DNA of 64,000 nucleotides from Mobula hypostoma. Lineage: Eukaryota. The notes beneath the pieces are model-generated. The model was not told where the DNA came from, searched no databases, and saw only the letters and a list, made by a program, of their open reading frames with translations. Shown here piece by piece: positions 11,004 to 24,484 of the stretch. Location: contig NC_086108.1 in assembly GCF_963921235.1 (NCBI RefSeq), positions 59,212,001 through 59,276,000 on the forward strand. The letters are read 5' to 3'. Position 1 is the first letter of the stretch. Each line of letters begins with the position of its first letter. The translations under genes were made by a program, and so were the position numbers.

Positions 11004-12204
11004 GCACCTCTTCCTACAGATGCTGCCTGGCCTGCTGCGTTCACCAGCGACTTTGATGTGTGTTGCTTGAATTTCCAGCATCTGCAGAATTCCTGTTGTT
11101 TGCGAATTTATAAGTTTAATGGATTGTGGAAAGAAGCTGTCCTGTAGCTTGTTGGCCCTTGCTTTAATGCTGCGGTACTGTTTGCCAGATGGAAGCAGCT
11201 ATGAACAGGGTGACTGGTGTCCCCGATGATCTTCCAGGCCTTCTTTACACATCTGCTGCTGTAAATGTCCTCAATGGAGGGAAGTTCACATCCATATATG
11301 AGCTGGACTGTCAGTACCACTCAGTGCAGTGCCCAACGATTAAGGTTCCCATCTCAGGCGATGATACAAGAAGTCAGGATGCTCTCAATAGTGCCCCCGT
11401 AAAAGGTCTTGAGGATTTTGGGGCTCATGCCAAACTTCTTCAGTCACCTGAGGTGGAAGAGATGCTGTTGTGTTTTTTTTGCCACATGGCTGGTGTGTAC
11501 AGTCCAGATGTAATCTTAGGTGATGTGTATAGCAAGGAACAGGGCAAACCTGTTTCAGTTTCTTCTGTAATCCATGATTAGCTCTTCTGTTTTTTGGACA
11601 TTGAGGGAGAGGTTGTGATCTTGACACCACTGTGTCGGGTTATTAACCTCTCCTTTGTAGGCTGTCTCGTCACTGCTAGAAATAAGGCTGATCAATATCA
11701 TGTCATCTGCAAATTTGATCAGCAGATTGGAGCTGTGTGTGGCAGCAGGGGTGTGGGTGTAAAGGGAATAGAGGAGGGGACTCAGGACACAACCCTGGGG
11801 GGGGGCACCTGTGTTGAGGGTCAGGGGGCAGAGGTAAGGTCCTTGCCACCTGTCAGTGATCTGATAGGAAGTCTAGGATCCAGCTTTACAAAGTGGGGTG
11901 CAGGCTGAGGTCTCTGAGCTTCCTGTTAAGTCTGGAGGATTTTATCTTTGTTTCCCTGGTGCCAGGTCAAGAACATCACTGATTGGCTGTACAAAGTTCT
12001 GAAGGACAGATGAATCACCTCAGGTCATGATTCATATCTATCTAATGACAATGAAATAGAAAGGGAGATTTTAATAAATATTAGGGAAAAAAGCAGATTA
12101 AAAAGCAGGCCCTGAAAGGTGATAATCTTTGGAATTCTCCATTTGTGCCATGTGCCACAAGTGCAAAAAGTAGATAAAAATAGATAAATGGGTGGTACAG
12201 AGGG

Positions 12205-12540
12205 ACCTCCATCACTCAGGACACCCTCTTCTCATTGCTGCCATCAGGAAGGAGGTACAGAAGTCAGAAGGCCCACATTCAATGTTTTAGGAACAGCTTC
12301 TTCCCCTCTGCCATCCAATTTCTGAATGGACTTTGAACCCATGAACATTACTTCACTACTTTTTTTTATTTCTATTTTTTTGGAAATAGGTAAATACTTA
12401 TTTACCTATTTATTTATATTTACTCACTGTAATTCACTGTTTTCCCTCTTTTATAAAGTATTGCATTGTGTTGCTGCCACAAGCTTAACAAATTTCATGA
12501 CATACGCCAGTGATATTAAACCTGATTCTGATTCGGATTG
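12205..12540 (+). mobile_element. Rex1/Babar 3' end
   Basis: LFSLLPSGRRYRSQKAHIQCFRNSFFPSAI, followed by the UTR ending taaacctgattctgattc. Confidence 0.8.
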
Positions 12541-12595
12541 TACATAAATGCAAAACACATATTTAACAGACTTTGTGGGCTAGTGTACAATTGGT

Positions 12596-13201
12596 TGTAA
12601 CGTTCCGTTATATTGGCTCGTGTATGTCTAGGGGAAATCCAGCCCAGCACTCGCCTCAACACTCCCCACAGGGTTGGTGGCCGCCCGAATCAATCACAAC
12701 ATCAATCATCAGCCAGCACACCCAGTAAATTTTAACAAATACACTTTATAGATATTACTAATTCTATGACATTAATATACATTTGATACAGAGAGGAAAG
12801 TAATGAAAAAAAAGGCGCCAACACTTATCAAAGTCCAAGTTCTTCGGGCGCTACGTTGGAGCTCAATTCGACTTCAGACGACCACCTGAATTCTGTCGAC
12901 TCACGGCTCGGGACCACCCTGAGTGATCGACCGGAGCCTCTCCACATGTCTGCCGTCCTCCCTGTCTCTCCTCCGACTCCCCGCCAAAACTCAGTCCACA
13001 GTCATATCATACAGCATGGTATCCGAAAACAAAACGATACATAACCACCCATTGGCTAATAGAACCCTGCTATCTCAATTTAAAGTAAAACAAACTGCTT
13101 GCGCAAACTCTCTTCAGCGTTAAAGCACAACAAAGCCGCATTCCCCAGATTAACAAAACAAAGTCGCCATTTTAAATGTAACAAAAGAAAGACCCCGTAC
13201 A
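12596..13201. mobile_element. Probable solo LTR (~606 bp)
   Basis: Discrete CpG-rich block bounded by TGTAACG...CGTACA in AT-rich flanks, with an ATTGG/CCAAT box near 13051. No clean TSD (TGGT vs TAAT). Confidence 0.5.
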
Positions 13202-15129
13202 TAATCATATGTGTTATGATGCCAAGGCGATAACAGAGATCAAGGTTAAAGACGGGCAACAAGCTGCGGAAATATTCCTTAAAACAGTGAACAGGAGAAA
13301 GGAGATGGAGTGATAGGCTTGGATTCAGAAGAATACTGCGGTGCTAGAGAGAGAGATGTCTGGAATGTCTGGAAAGTGATGGAAAGAGGGCAAGGCTTTA
13401 GTGAGAAATATATTTTCTACTGGCAAACTTATTCCTTCATAATTTTTAGAATTAAATAGTTTTTAAGAATGTATCTAATGGCAAATATTAACTGTGTGTA
13501 AGTGGAACAATCAGGATGAAAGCTGAGTAAGGATGCAATCTCTACACAAGCCATGTCATCTACTGGCAGCTGCGTTGCATATGTCTGCCATCAGACATAA
13601 TAGATCTCTAGCAGGCTGCATGTCACTTTAAAAATATGGAACAGATTTAAATTAGAATGAAAAATAATTCATTGGATTAGTGCTAATTTGATATGAACGT
13701 GTTTTCTCTCATAGTATTATTTAATTCTCATTGAATGGAATTCAAGATCATCCTTAACAGTGTCTCTATTCATTTACTGCACATGGTTCTGAATGAAAAT
13801 TTCTGACATGAATGAAAGTTTATACATTGGAAATGGTTGACCCTGAACAAAATCCAGCATTATTCATTTCAGAGAAGGACATGATAAATACTGATTTTAA
13901 CTAAAATAGAAGTAAACACTATACATCTACATCATAGACACACGGGAATGCGAGGCTTGATATTCTAAGAAACTATTTTTTCATCTCCTAGCTCTGGGTA
14001 GCAGTTATAACTGCCCTCAACAAGCCACCAATATCACTCAACCTGTCACTGTGAAATTTCGATTCGACATGCTGCCAGCTTCTTCTTGTATACAGACTCT
14101 GAATTTTAATAGCACACAGGCAAAGTGATAACTTGATCTTATGCCAATCTTACTAAAACACTGTGTGTGGGTAGTTTAGTTACAAATCAGGTTCTGATAA
14201 GAAATATCAGAATAGTATTGTGCTACTGACTGAAAAGGACAGATGGATCTAAACTACGACATAAACAAAATCCAGGATCAAGGTGAGTTGGATACAGATG
14301 ATCACAAATATAAACTAGATACATACATGCTGTACATTGCAAAAAGTCGATAAATATGCAGTTATGATAAAATTACAACCACGCACTGTATCTCAATAAA
14401 TGAAAAAATAAATGATTGTTGTTTCTTTTGGTAAGGGAGGTGGAATTCATTAATGTTCTTCAGAAAATAAAATCTGTTGTCCTTCCCTGGGTGGATCTTC
14501 GGTTGACTCTTGATTCATTGCATTATGGTTGGCTCGTAATGTTCTCTCAAATGCCATAGCAAACCAATTAATTCAAGGCCAGATAGGGATGGACAAAAAA
14601 CCTGGCCTTGTCAGCAATCAAAATGTTGAATCCCACTCAGTTCCAAGTGTGAAAAACACATTACAAACTGGATATAGCTCTGTCAATTTTTCAAGGCATT
14701 CCTTCAAGAATGTCTGAAAAACAGCCAACTCCAAACTCAGTGGGACTATTTTGTTTAACACGGTTTACACCATGTAGTTTACATATTCTTTCACTCTGTT
14801 AAGCATAATTTTTTGACAGTTTCCCTTTTGAATAATAGCCCATATGGTTCTTTGTGGGGAATTGAAAGTTTCTCCTGCAAAAGTCAAACATCTGTCTACT
14901 TCCTCTCGTCCTTTATTGTGAACTTATTTGATCTTTAAGTATAACCACTGTCAACTAACACAAAAATAATTTAAATCACACAACAAACCTTCAGTATTAT
15001 CTTTTTTTTTGTAATCATGGGTAGTTTAATGCCATTTTAGAGAATTAGCCTGTATTTTTACTTCATGATATCTGTTTTGTAATCTTATAAACATGGTATT
15101 TATTACAATATGCATAATTGGACTTGGCT

Positions 15130-16130
15130 TATTATTGTCACATGCACTAAGACAGAGTGAAAAGCTTATCTTGCATACTGCTCATACAAATCATTACACA
15201 GTGCATTGAGGTAGAAGGTGCTAAAACAACAACAGAATAAAGTGCAACAGCTACAAAGAGAGTGCAGTGCAGATAAGCAAGAAGGTGCCAGCTCAGAATG
15301 AGGTAGTTTGTGAGGTTGTGCTGAGCTGTGCCCACAACCCTCAGCAGTTTCTTGTAGTCACATGCAGACTGTTATCATACCAAGCAGTTATGCATCCAGA
15401 TAGGATGCTTTCTATGGAGTATTGATAATAATTTAAAAGGGTTGATGAATCGTGCCAAATTTCCTTAGCCTCCTAAAGAATTAGTGGCATTGGTGAGCTT
15501 TCTTGGCCGTGGTGTCTACATGGTTAGATCACAACAGGCTATTGGTGATGATCACTCCCTCTTAACACTCTCTACCTGAACTCCATCAATGTAGACAGGA
15601 GTAGGTGCACTGTCCCTCTTCCTGAAGTCAATGACCAGCTCTTTTGATTTGCTGACGTTGACTCTGACTCATTGTTATTTGAGATATTATTTGAGCCATT
15701 CTGTCTAGATTGTACAGGGTGTACAGAAGGGGGCTGAGGACACTACCTTGTGGAGCAAGAATGTTTAGAATAATTGTGGTGGCAGTGCTGCTGCCTGTCC
15801 TTAGTGACTGCAATCTGTTGGTTAGGAAGTCAAGGATTTGGTTGTAGAGAGAGGCATTCACTTCTAGAATCCAGAATTTGGTGATGAGTTTGCTTGGTAT
15901 TATAGTATTAAAAGTCAAGCTGTAGTCAATAAACAGTAGTCTGACATCTGTATCCTTACTGTCCAGATGTTCCAGAGACGAATACAAGGCCAAAGAGATG
16001 GCATCTGCTGTGGAGCTGTTTCAGTGGTAGGCAAATTACAGTGGGCCAAGGTTGTCTGGAAAGTTGGAGTTAATGAGTGGAATAACCAATTTCTTAAAGC
16101 ACTTCATGATGCCAGATGTCAGAGTAGAAG
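15130..16130 (-). mobile_element. Rex1/Babar LINE RT fragment and tail
   Basis: LEHLDSKDTDVRLLFIDYSLTFNTIIPSKLI..ILDFLTNRLQS..APQGSVLSPLLYTLY. Confidence 0.85.
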
Positions 16131-16424
16131 ACTGATCTTATTTATGTCTGCAATGGTGTCTGCAAGTTCAGGTGTACCCGAGGTGTCAGGGTAGGTAGTG
16201 ATATAACAATTTCCTTCCTTTCAAAATGTATATAGAATGCATTAAGCACATTGGGAAGGGAAGAGCTATTGTCAGCAATACTGCCTGACAATTTTGTAGC
16301 ATGTAATACTATGCAAGTCCTACCATAATTGATGGTTGGTCTGGGGGCTCAGTCTTAGATTGATACTATCTCCCGATAATTCTATAGAGGTTGTACCTTG
16401 ATTTTTTTGTAAAGGTCAAGTTCA

Positions 16425-17595
16425 TCCTATCTCCTTTACCATAGCGTTGGAGAGGGATAGGGACAGACAAATCAGTAAAGCATTTAATTCGAGTAAGGGG
16501 AAATATGAAGCTATCAGGCAGGAACTTGGAAGCATAAATTGGGAACAGATGTTCTCAGAGAAATGTATGGCAGAAATGTGGCAAATGTTCAGGGGATATT
16601 TGCATGGTATTCTGCATATGTACATTCCAATGAGACAGGGAAAGAATGGAAGGGTGCAGGAACCATGGTGTACAAAGGCTGTTGAAAATCTAGTCAAGAA
16701 GAAAAGAAGAGCTTACGAAATGTTCAAAAAACTAGGTAATGATAGAGATCTAGAAGATTATAAGGCTAGCAGGAAGGAGCTTAAGAATGAAATTAGGAGA
16801 GCCAGAAGGGGCCATGAGAAGGCCTTGGCGAGCAGAATTAAAGAAAACCCCAAGGCATTCTATAAGTACGCGAAGAGCAAGAGGGTAAGATATGAGAGAA
16901 TAGGACCAATCAAGTGAGACAGTGAAAAAGTGTGAATAGAAACAGAGGAGACAGAAGGGTTATTTAATGAATACTTTGCTTCAGTATTCACTACGGAAAA
17001 GGATCTTGGTGATTGTAGGGATAACTTACAGTGGATTGAAAAGCTTGAGCATATAGAGATTAAGGAAGAGGATGTGCTGGAGCTTTTGGAAAGCATCAAG
17101 TTGGATAAGTCTCCGGGAACAGATGAGATGTACTGCAAGCTACTGTGGGAGGTGAGGGAGGCGATTGCTGAGCCTCTGGCAATGATCTGTGCATCATCAA
17201 TGGGGATGGGAGAAGTTCCAGAGGATTGGAGGGTTGCAGATGTTGTTCCCTTATTTATGAAAGGGAGTAGAGATAGCCCAGGAAATTATAGACCAGTGAG
17301 TCTTACTTCAGTGGTTGATAAGTTGATGGGAAAAATCCTGAGAGGCACGACTCATGAACATTTGGAGAGGCATAATATGATTAGGAATAGTCAGCATGGC
17401 TTTGTTAAAGGCAGGTCATGCTTGATTGAATTTTTTGAGGATGTGACTAAACATGTTGATGAAGGTAGAGCAGTAGATATAGTGTATATGGATTTTAGCA
17501 AGGCATTTGACAAGGTACCCCATGCAAGGCTTATTGAGAATGTAAGGAGGCATGGGATCCAAGGAGACCTTACTTTGTAGATGCAGAATTAGCTT
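16425..17595 (+). mobile_element. CR1 LINE ORF2 internal fragment
   Basis: IKENPKAFYKY, DKSPGTDEMY, WRVADVVPLFMKG..PGNYRPVSLTSVV, SQHGFVKGRSC, YMDFSKAFDKVPH. Confidence 0.92.
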
Positions 17596-18780
17596 CATTT
17601 ATTAACCTACTGATTCCTACTGTAATCTTAACTCTACCTCTTCCCACCCTACCTCTCGTAAAACTGATATTCCCTTTTCTCAGTTCCTTTGCCTCCGCTG
17701 CACCTGTTCCCAGGATGCACTTCCTTCTTCAAAGGAAAGGGTTTTCCTCACTCCACTATTGTTGCTGCCTTCACCCACACCTCCTCTCCTCCTTTTCCCG
17801 AACATCCGTGCTCACCCATCTACCCGTTCCTCTTATCCTCACCTACCACCCCATGAGCTTCCACATCCAACATATCATCTTCCACAACTTACTCCAGCTA
17901 CAAAGGAATCCTACCACTAAATATAACTTTACCTCCCCATTTCTCCACATTCTGCAGGAATGGATCCCTCTGCAATTCTGTTGTACATGCGTCCCTCCCC
18001 ACTAAGCTCCCACCCGGCACCTATCCCTGCAAGCAGCCTAAATGCTACTCTTGCTCATCCAACTCCTCCCTCACCTCCATTCAGGGCCCCAAATAATCCT
18101 TCCAGGTGAGGCAACACTTTATCTACAAGTCTGCTAGGTTCATCTACTGTGTTCAATGCACCCGATGCGGCCGCCTCTGCATTGGTGATACCCACTTCCT
18201 CAAGCACCTCTGCTCCATCCACCAAAAGTGGAACTTCCCGATGGCCTAACATTTTAATTCCATTTCCCATTATTCTTCTGACTTGGTCCGTGGCCCCCTC
18301 TCGTGCCAAAGTGAGGTCACCCTCGGAGTAGAGGAGCACACCTTATACTCCATCTGGGTACCTTCCAACCTGATGGCATTAATATCAATTTCTCCTCTAG
18401 TAAAAATAATTTTTCCCTCTTTGTCTTTTCCCCACTCTAGTCTCTTACCTCTTCCCACCTGCCTATCACTTCCACCTGGGTCCCCTCCTCCTTCCCTTTG
18501 TCCTATGGTCCCTTCTCCTCCCCTATCAGATTTCTTTTTCTGCAGCCCTTCACCTTCCCCTCCCATCTGGCTTCACCTATCACCTTCTCGCTAACCACCT
18601 TCTCGCTAACCTCCTTCCCCTTCCCCCCACCTTTTCATTCTGGCGTCTTCCCCCTTCCTTTTCCTTCCTGAAAGAGGGCCTTGGCCCAGAATGTCAACTG
18701 TTTATTTCCTGGTGGGTTCCTCCAGTATTTTTTGTATGTTGCTTTGGATTTCCAGCATCTGCAGAATTCCTCATGTGTAA
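17596..18780 (+). mobile_element. Older Penelope-like element 3' part (RT thumb, GIY-YIG, pyrimidine-rich UTR, decayed hammerhead)
   Basis: Colinear with 58640-59900 (IPFSQFLCLRCTCSQD, ttccaggtgaggcaacactt, cctgaaagagggccttggcccagaatgtcaact, ttccagcatctgcagaattcctcatgt). Confidence 0.85.
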
Positions 18781-18960
18781 GCTATTAGCGATGTTCAGTC
18801 TGAGGAACCTAAAACTCTCAACCTCAGCAACATTGTTGAAGAAAGGAGCACATGTACTACACCCCCACCCCTTCATGAAGTCTATTACCAGATCCTTTTG
18901 CTGACATCGAGGGAAATGTTGTCCTGATACCATGTTAGTAAGCTATCTCCTTCCTGTACT
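18781..18960 (-). mobile_element. Rex1/Babar fragment
   Basis: Minus strand KDLVIDFMK..AEVESFRFLRLNI. Confidence 0.6.
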
Positions 18961-21019
18961 CCAACTCAGATATTTGCAATATATTAAAAACACTCCCACT
19001 TGTAACTTTATGCTGCGGCAGGAAACATTTCACTTATGATTTTGCTGTTTTCCAAATCCATAGTCAAAAATCACCAGAATAGAACAGCAAAAGATTTTAA
19101 ACTAACAGTTTTTCTGTTAATGGAAAAAGTAATAAACACAACTAATGAGAGACTCTAGAACCCAGACTACCCTGAGTGGGAGTACTTTCTTTATTTTTAA
19201 AACTGTAAAATTTTTCAGCAAGTTGAACAAGAAGTACAACCTTTGCTCCAATTAAATAGTGCGACGTTGGACCTCTACCTGTGTTCATGACTTAGCCACT
19301 TTGGGAGGATTTAGGGTAAGCCTACCAGCAAATGCAAGTTTTATTTAGCTCTGCAAATCCCACCGACAAAGTAATCTTTCAGTTGCAGAGGGGAGTAAAT
19401 GGCATACGTGGTTTTTAGGATTCTCAGCTGTGGAGAGTATCCATCATGAAAGTTAAATGTTTACTGCATTTAAAGGTTAAGATTGGTCCGTATTAGTTCC
19501 AATAATACATTTTCTCTTAGAATACAAAATTATGTTCATCTCTATGAAAGATTTGTACGCGTATATTCCACAATTTTGATTGCCTTCAATCTTTGGCAAG
19601 TTAATACTTTCTCCTAATCATGGTGCTCATTTTCAAGTCGCAACCATCCTTCTTAAAAGTAGATTCTATGTTGAATTTATTTTTGTCATAGAGTTGGATA
19701 GCACAGAAAGTAATCCTTCACCCACCAACTCTACACCGATCATGAAAAAGCTATGTTTTTGCTCCACCTAAATTACCCTATGCAGTTTCTCTGAGAGTAA
19801 ATAAAGGGAAATTTACAGTGGCCAGTTTACTTACCAACCTATATATCCCTGAAATGTGGGACGAAAGGCACACAGACACAGGAAGAGTTTGTCGATTTAT
19901 AGATTAACCATGGCAAGGATACCCCCTGCTGAACATTTTGGAATATCCTACTTAGTAATTAGGTGCCTCCTTCCATGAAACCAAATACATCAAATAATCT
20001 TTAACACAAATGCATACTGATTCATCATCTGAGGTATGGCAGTAAAAGATGATCGGTAGGAGGTATTGTTGCATCCTTACCATTGTCTGACCTGGAACTA
20101 CAGACCTTACGAAGATAAATAGTTAGCAAGCATCGAGGGAAGAGATAAGCCTTTTAGGTTTAAATGCTGAAGAAATTGATCATTTTGATTCCTGCAGGCT
20201 ATCTAATTTAGATTGCAAACAGAAGACAAGATGATACAAAGATAATATTGATGAGTTGAGATTGAGATTACTCCCTCCCTGTATTGGAATGGATACAAGG
20301 GCTGGACTTACATAAAGCAATTATGTATGATTAATGAGTTGGATAAGTAACTGTTTCAGAATAGTACAAGGTTCTATAAGGATCAGAGATCATAAAAAAA
20401 GTATTGTTTGCTTGATTTATTTAATACGTAGAACATAATGGTCCTTAAAGCATCTTGGCAATAGAAATGTCTCGCCATAGAATACCAATGGGGAGAAACG
20501 AATAATGCAACTTCTAATGGCTCAGTTTCAATGAGGAGCTCTATTTGTGAATCTACCCAATGTGTTTCCCTCAAATAGTACCTTAAAACAGATGATCTGC
20601 TAATTACTACATCTATGCAAACTTTCTGTGCATATATTCACTGAGTACACGGAAAATAGCTTAATTTTACAATTGCATTTAATCTATTTTTGAGGGAATG
20701 GGAGGAAATTTGAAATCCCTTCCAATGCCTTTAATAGCTGTGAAGACCGAATGATTTTTATACGTTTCTTTTCTTTATTGTTACCAAGGCAGAACTTTCT
20801 AAAGTGAAAGCTTCAGATTAGAATAGGTGGGCAAGATGATTAGCAAAGATGTAGTGGGAAGAAGAGCCAATTTCTTTTAGGAACTCCATGACAGACTCAG
20901 GAGGGTATACTCTGCCTTCATAACTAAAGCCTTTTGTTTGTGGTTTCAACCCTATATATTCATTTTAGTGCTTCACTATGACATTGTTGCCATCATTGAG
21001 AAGGACAGGCAATCTGGCC

Positions 21020-21530
21020 TCTCAGTACCAGAGTGTAGAACTTTCAGGCGAGGCATAGGAGGATGTAAGGAAGAGGTGGCATTGCACTGTTAGTCAAGAA
21101 ATACATTACTTCTGTATTGAGGGAGGATATCTTAGAAGACTCCTCAACTGAGGACATAAAGATAGAGATTAGGAATAAAAGGGCATTATCATTTTGCTGA
21201 GGATTTATTACAGACTAACTAATAGCCAATAGGAAACAAAAGAACAGACCAGCAGACAATTTGCAGAAAGGTATGTTAATACTACTTACAGTACTAGGAG
21301 ATTTCAATTTACTGAAATATTTTCTGGCATTTCCTCAGTGTAACAGCCTCAGGAGCTAGGGTTTGAGATCTATCCAGGAGAGCTTTGTAACACTATATGT
21401 AGATAGGCTTTGTCTAGGGAAATGTAGTTGGTCAAGTGGGATGCGTTTTGGAGACAGCAATCAAAATCCAGTAAGTTTTTAAACTGGCTATGGGAAAAGA
21501 TAGGAATAAAGAAAGAGCAAGCTTGTTGAA
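21020..21530 (+). mobile_element. Old CR1 endonuclease-domain relic
   Basis: Degenerate GGIALLV, IEIRNKRG..GIYYR..NS and VLGDFN. Confidence 0.65.
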
Positions 21531-21554
21531 AACCAATATCATTAAAATATGATA

Positions 21555-23040
21555 GGACCAGGCAACAGTCAATGGCAGATGCAATCTCAGTGGCTCTCCA
21601 CATGGCTTTAGACCACCTGGACAACTCAAACACCTACATCATGATGCTGTTCATCAACTATAGCTCAGCACTTAACACCATCATTCCTACAATCCTGTTT
21701 GAGAAATTGTAGAACCTGGGCCTCTGTACCTCCTTCTGCAATTGGATCCTCAACATCCTAACCGGAAAACCACAATCTGTGCGGATTGGTGATAACATCT
21801 CCTCCTCGTTGATGATCAACACTGGTGTACCTCAAGGGTGTGTGCTTAGCCCACAGCTCTGCTCCCTCTATACACATGATTTGTGGCAAGGCACAGCTCA
21901 AATACCACCTATAAATTTGCTGACAATACAACCATTGTTGGTAGATTCTCAGGTGGTGACAAGGGGCCGTACAGCAATCAGATACGTCATCTAGTGGAGT
22001 GGTGCAGCAGCAACAACCTGACACTCAACGTCAATAAGACGAAAGAGCTGATTGTGGACTTCAGGAAGGGTATGATGAAGGAACACATACCAATCCTCAT
22101 AGAGGGATCAGAAGTGGAGAAAGTGAGCAGTTTCAAGTTCCTGGGTATCAAGATCTCTGAGGATCAAACCTGGTCCCAACATAACGATGCAGTTATAAAG
22201 AAGGCAAGACAGTGGCTATACTTTATTAGGACTTTGAAGAGATTTGGTATGTCAACAAATACAATCAAAAACTTCTATAGTTGTCCCGTGGAGAGCATTC
22301 TGAGAGTCTGCATCACTGTCTGGTATGGAGGGGCAACTTCACAGGACCGAAAGAAGCTGTGGAATGTTGTAAATCTAGTCAGCTCCATCTTGGGCATTAG
22401 CCTACGAAGTAGCCAGGACATCTTCAGGGAGCAGTGTCTCAGAATGGCAGTGTCCAATATTGACCTCCAGCACCCAGGGCATGCCGTTTTCTCCTTGTTA
22501 TTATCATCGAGGAGGTACAGAAGCCTGAAAGCACACACTCAATGATTCAGGAAAGCTTCTTCCCCTCTGCCATCTGATTCCTAAATGGACAGTGAATTGC
22601 TAGACACTACCTCACTTAATATATAGTATCACACATCAAATTTGCTGGTGAACGCAGCAGGCCAGGCAGCATCTCTAGGAAGAGGTACAGTTGACGTTTC
22701 AGGCCAAGACCTAACGAAGGGTCTCGGCCTGAAACGTCGACTGCGCCTCTTCCTAGAGATGCTGCCTGGCCTGCTGCGTTCACCAGCAACTTTGATGTGT
22801 GTTGTTTGAATTTCCAGCATCTGCAGAATTCCTCATGTTTGCGTTAATATATAGTATTTCCGTTTTTGCATGTTTTTTAAAATCTATTCAATATACATAT
22901 ATTGTAATTGATACTTGTATATTATTATTATTATTTTCTTTTTTTCTCTCTGATAGTTTATGTATTGTGTTGAACTGCTGCTGCTAAGTTAACAAATTTC
23001 ACGTCACATGCTGGTGATAATAAATCTGATTCTGATTCTA
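21555..23040 (+). mobile_element. Rex1/Babar LINE 3' 1.5 kb with a mini-PLE inserted in its UTR
   Basis: [75 protein letters not shown], and a (GATTCT)n tail at ~23025-23040. Confidence 0.9.
22630..22843. mobile_element. Palindromic mini-Penelope element (214 bp), 14-bp TSD
   Basis: Two inverted PLE termini. TSD TTAATATATAGTAT at 22616-22629 and 22844-22857. Confidence 0.92.
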
Positions 23041-23044
23041 TTTC

Positions 23045-23825
23045 TGGAGTAGACCAACTACTTTTCTGCTGCAGGTAACTCTACCTCTGTACAGTGGAAG
23101 GTCTTCAAAGGAGAAACAGTGAGAGTTTGGGGCCATCATGTTCTCATAAAGCTGAAAGCCAATGACAACAAGTCCAGAGAATGTTGGATGTTGAGTGATA
23201 TCAAGAGATGGATCAAAAGAATAAAGGAAGCATATGGCAGATGTAGAGAACTGAAGATGGGGGAGAGGGAACAGGACTATAAAAAAACTATAGAGGACAC
23301 TTAAAAATGAAATTACAATGGTGAATTATCAATGGCGATCAAGGGCTAAAGAATATCAAGGCCCATTAGTGCCACTAGTACAATCTGTGGTTGGAGCCAA
23401 AAGGAGTAGGCAAAGTCCCAAATGAGAATTTGTCATTGGTATTCACAAAGAAAACACATTTTGTAATTGGAAAACTGAGTGGATGGGAAGGTGAAATTTA
23501 AGTGAGTCAACATAAGATACATTAGTGGACTTAAAGGTAGACGAGTTCCCAAGAGTCAGGTGAGATTTATCCTGAGCTGCTATGGAGGTAAGATGATTAT
23601 TGGGGTTCTAGTTTAGATTTTTATACCTTCACAAGCAAGATACAAGATGACTGGTGGACAGTGAATGTGGTTTCCCTTTTCAAGATGGGCAGCAGGGAAC
23701 AGCCTGGCATTTACAGACCTGTGACCTTAACATCAGTGGAAGGGAAGTTGTTAAAAAAACCTGGAGGACAGGATTAATGTCCACTTGAAAAGGCAGGGAC
23801 CGTTCAAAGGGAGTCAGCATTGTTT
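23045..23825 (+). mobile_element. Old CR1 ORF2 relic
   Basis: Degenerate W.TVNVVSLFKMGSREQPGIYRPVTLTSV and SQH motifs. Confidence 0.65.
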
Positions 23826-23827
23826 CC

Positions 23828-24484
23828 ATGTCCCCTGTGGCCATTCCCCTCAGCAACAAGTATACCGCATTGGATACTGTTGGGCGGGATGACTTACCTG
23901 GGACAAGCTGCAGTAGCCGGATCTCTGGCACTGAGTCTGGCTCTGCAGTGCAGAAGGGAGGGTGGAAAAAGAGGAGAGCGGTAGTGATAGGGGATTCGAT
24001 AGTTAGGGGTGCAGATAGGAGGTTCTGTGGTCGTGACAGAGAATCCAGGATGGTTTGTTGCCTCCCGGGTGCCAGGGTCAAGGATGTCTCTGATTGATTG
24101 CATGACATTCTGAAGTGGGAGGGTGATCAGCCAGATGTCGTGGTGCACATCGGTACCAATGACATAGCAAGGAAGAATGAGGAGGTCCTGGACAGTGAGT
24201 ATAGAGAGCTTGGTAGGAAGTTGAAAAGCAGGACCTCAAGGGTGGTAATCTCAGGATTGCTACCTGTGCTAGGTGCCAGTGAGGGTAGGAATAGGATGCT
24301 CTGGAGGATGAACAAGTGGCCTAGGAACTGGTGTAGGGGGCAGGGTTTCAGATTTCAGGATCATTGGGACCTCTTCTGGGGCAGGTGGGACCTGTACAAG
24401 AGAGACGGGTTACACTTGAACTACAGGGGGACCAATATCCTTTCAGGGAGGTTTGTTAGTGCTATTGGAGAGGCTTTAAACTAG
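23828..24484 (+). pseudogene. CR1 ORF1, SGNH/GDSL esterase-like domain (partial, one internal stop at 24095-24097)
   Basis: AVVIGDSIVRG, CLPGARV, VVVHIGTND, YKRDGLHLN. Confidence 0.92.

Larger units (their letters stand above)
9275..11103. mobile_element. Penelope-like element (Neptune-type), palindromic insertion of two inverted 3' ends, 14-bp TSD
   Basis: Arm 9275-~10142 (-) and arm ~10143-11103 (+) are near reverse complements, each with a GIY-YIG C-terminus and 3' UTR. TSD GAATTTATAAGTTT at 9261-9274 and 11104-11117. Confidence 0.93.
9170..11940 (-). mobile_element. Rex1/Babar LINE fragment split by the Penelope insertion at 9275-11103
   Basis: Minus strand gives [27 protein letters not shown] and ELPSIEDIYSSRCVKKAWKIIGDTSHP. 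The 3' UTR continues at 9170-9274 across the TSD. Confidence 0.8.

Noticed and set aside
9275..11103. Large palindrome as an assembly artefact
   Set aside because: The arms differ by scattered substitutions and in end points, the unit has a 14-bp TSD, and the same design recurs six more times.
20430..20579. Possible minus-strand exon (YYLRETHWVDSQIELL..)
   Set aside because: The donor site is weak and the peptide is not recognisable.
22630..22843. Mini palindromes as DNA-transposon MITEs
   Set aside because: The arms are PLE 3' ends, the termini are asymmetric, the centres differ between copies and the TSDs match the large PLE insertions.
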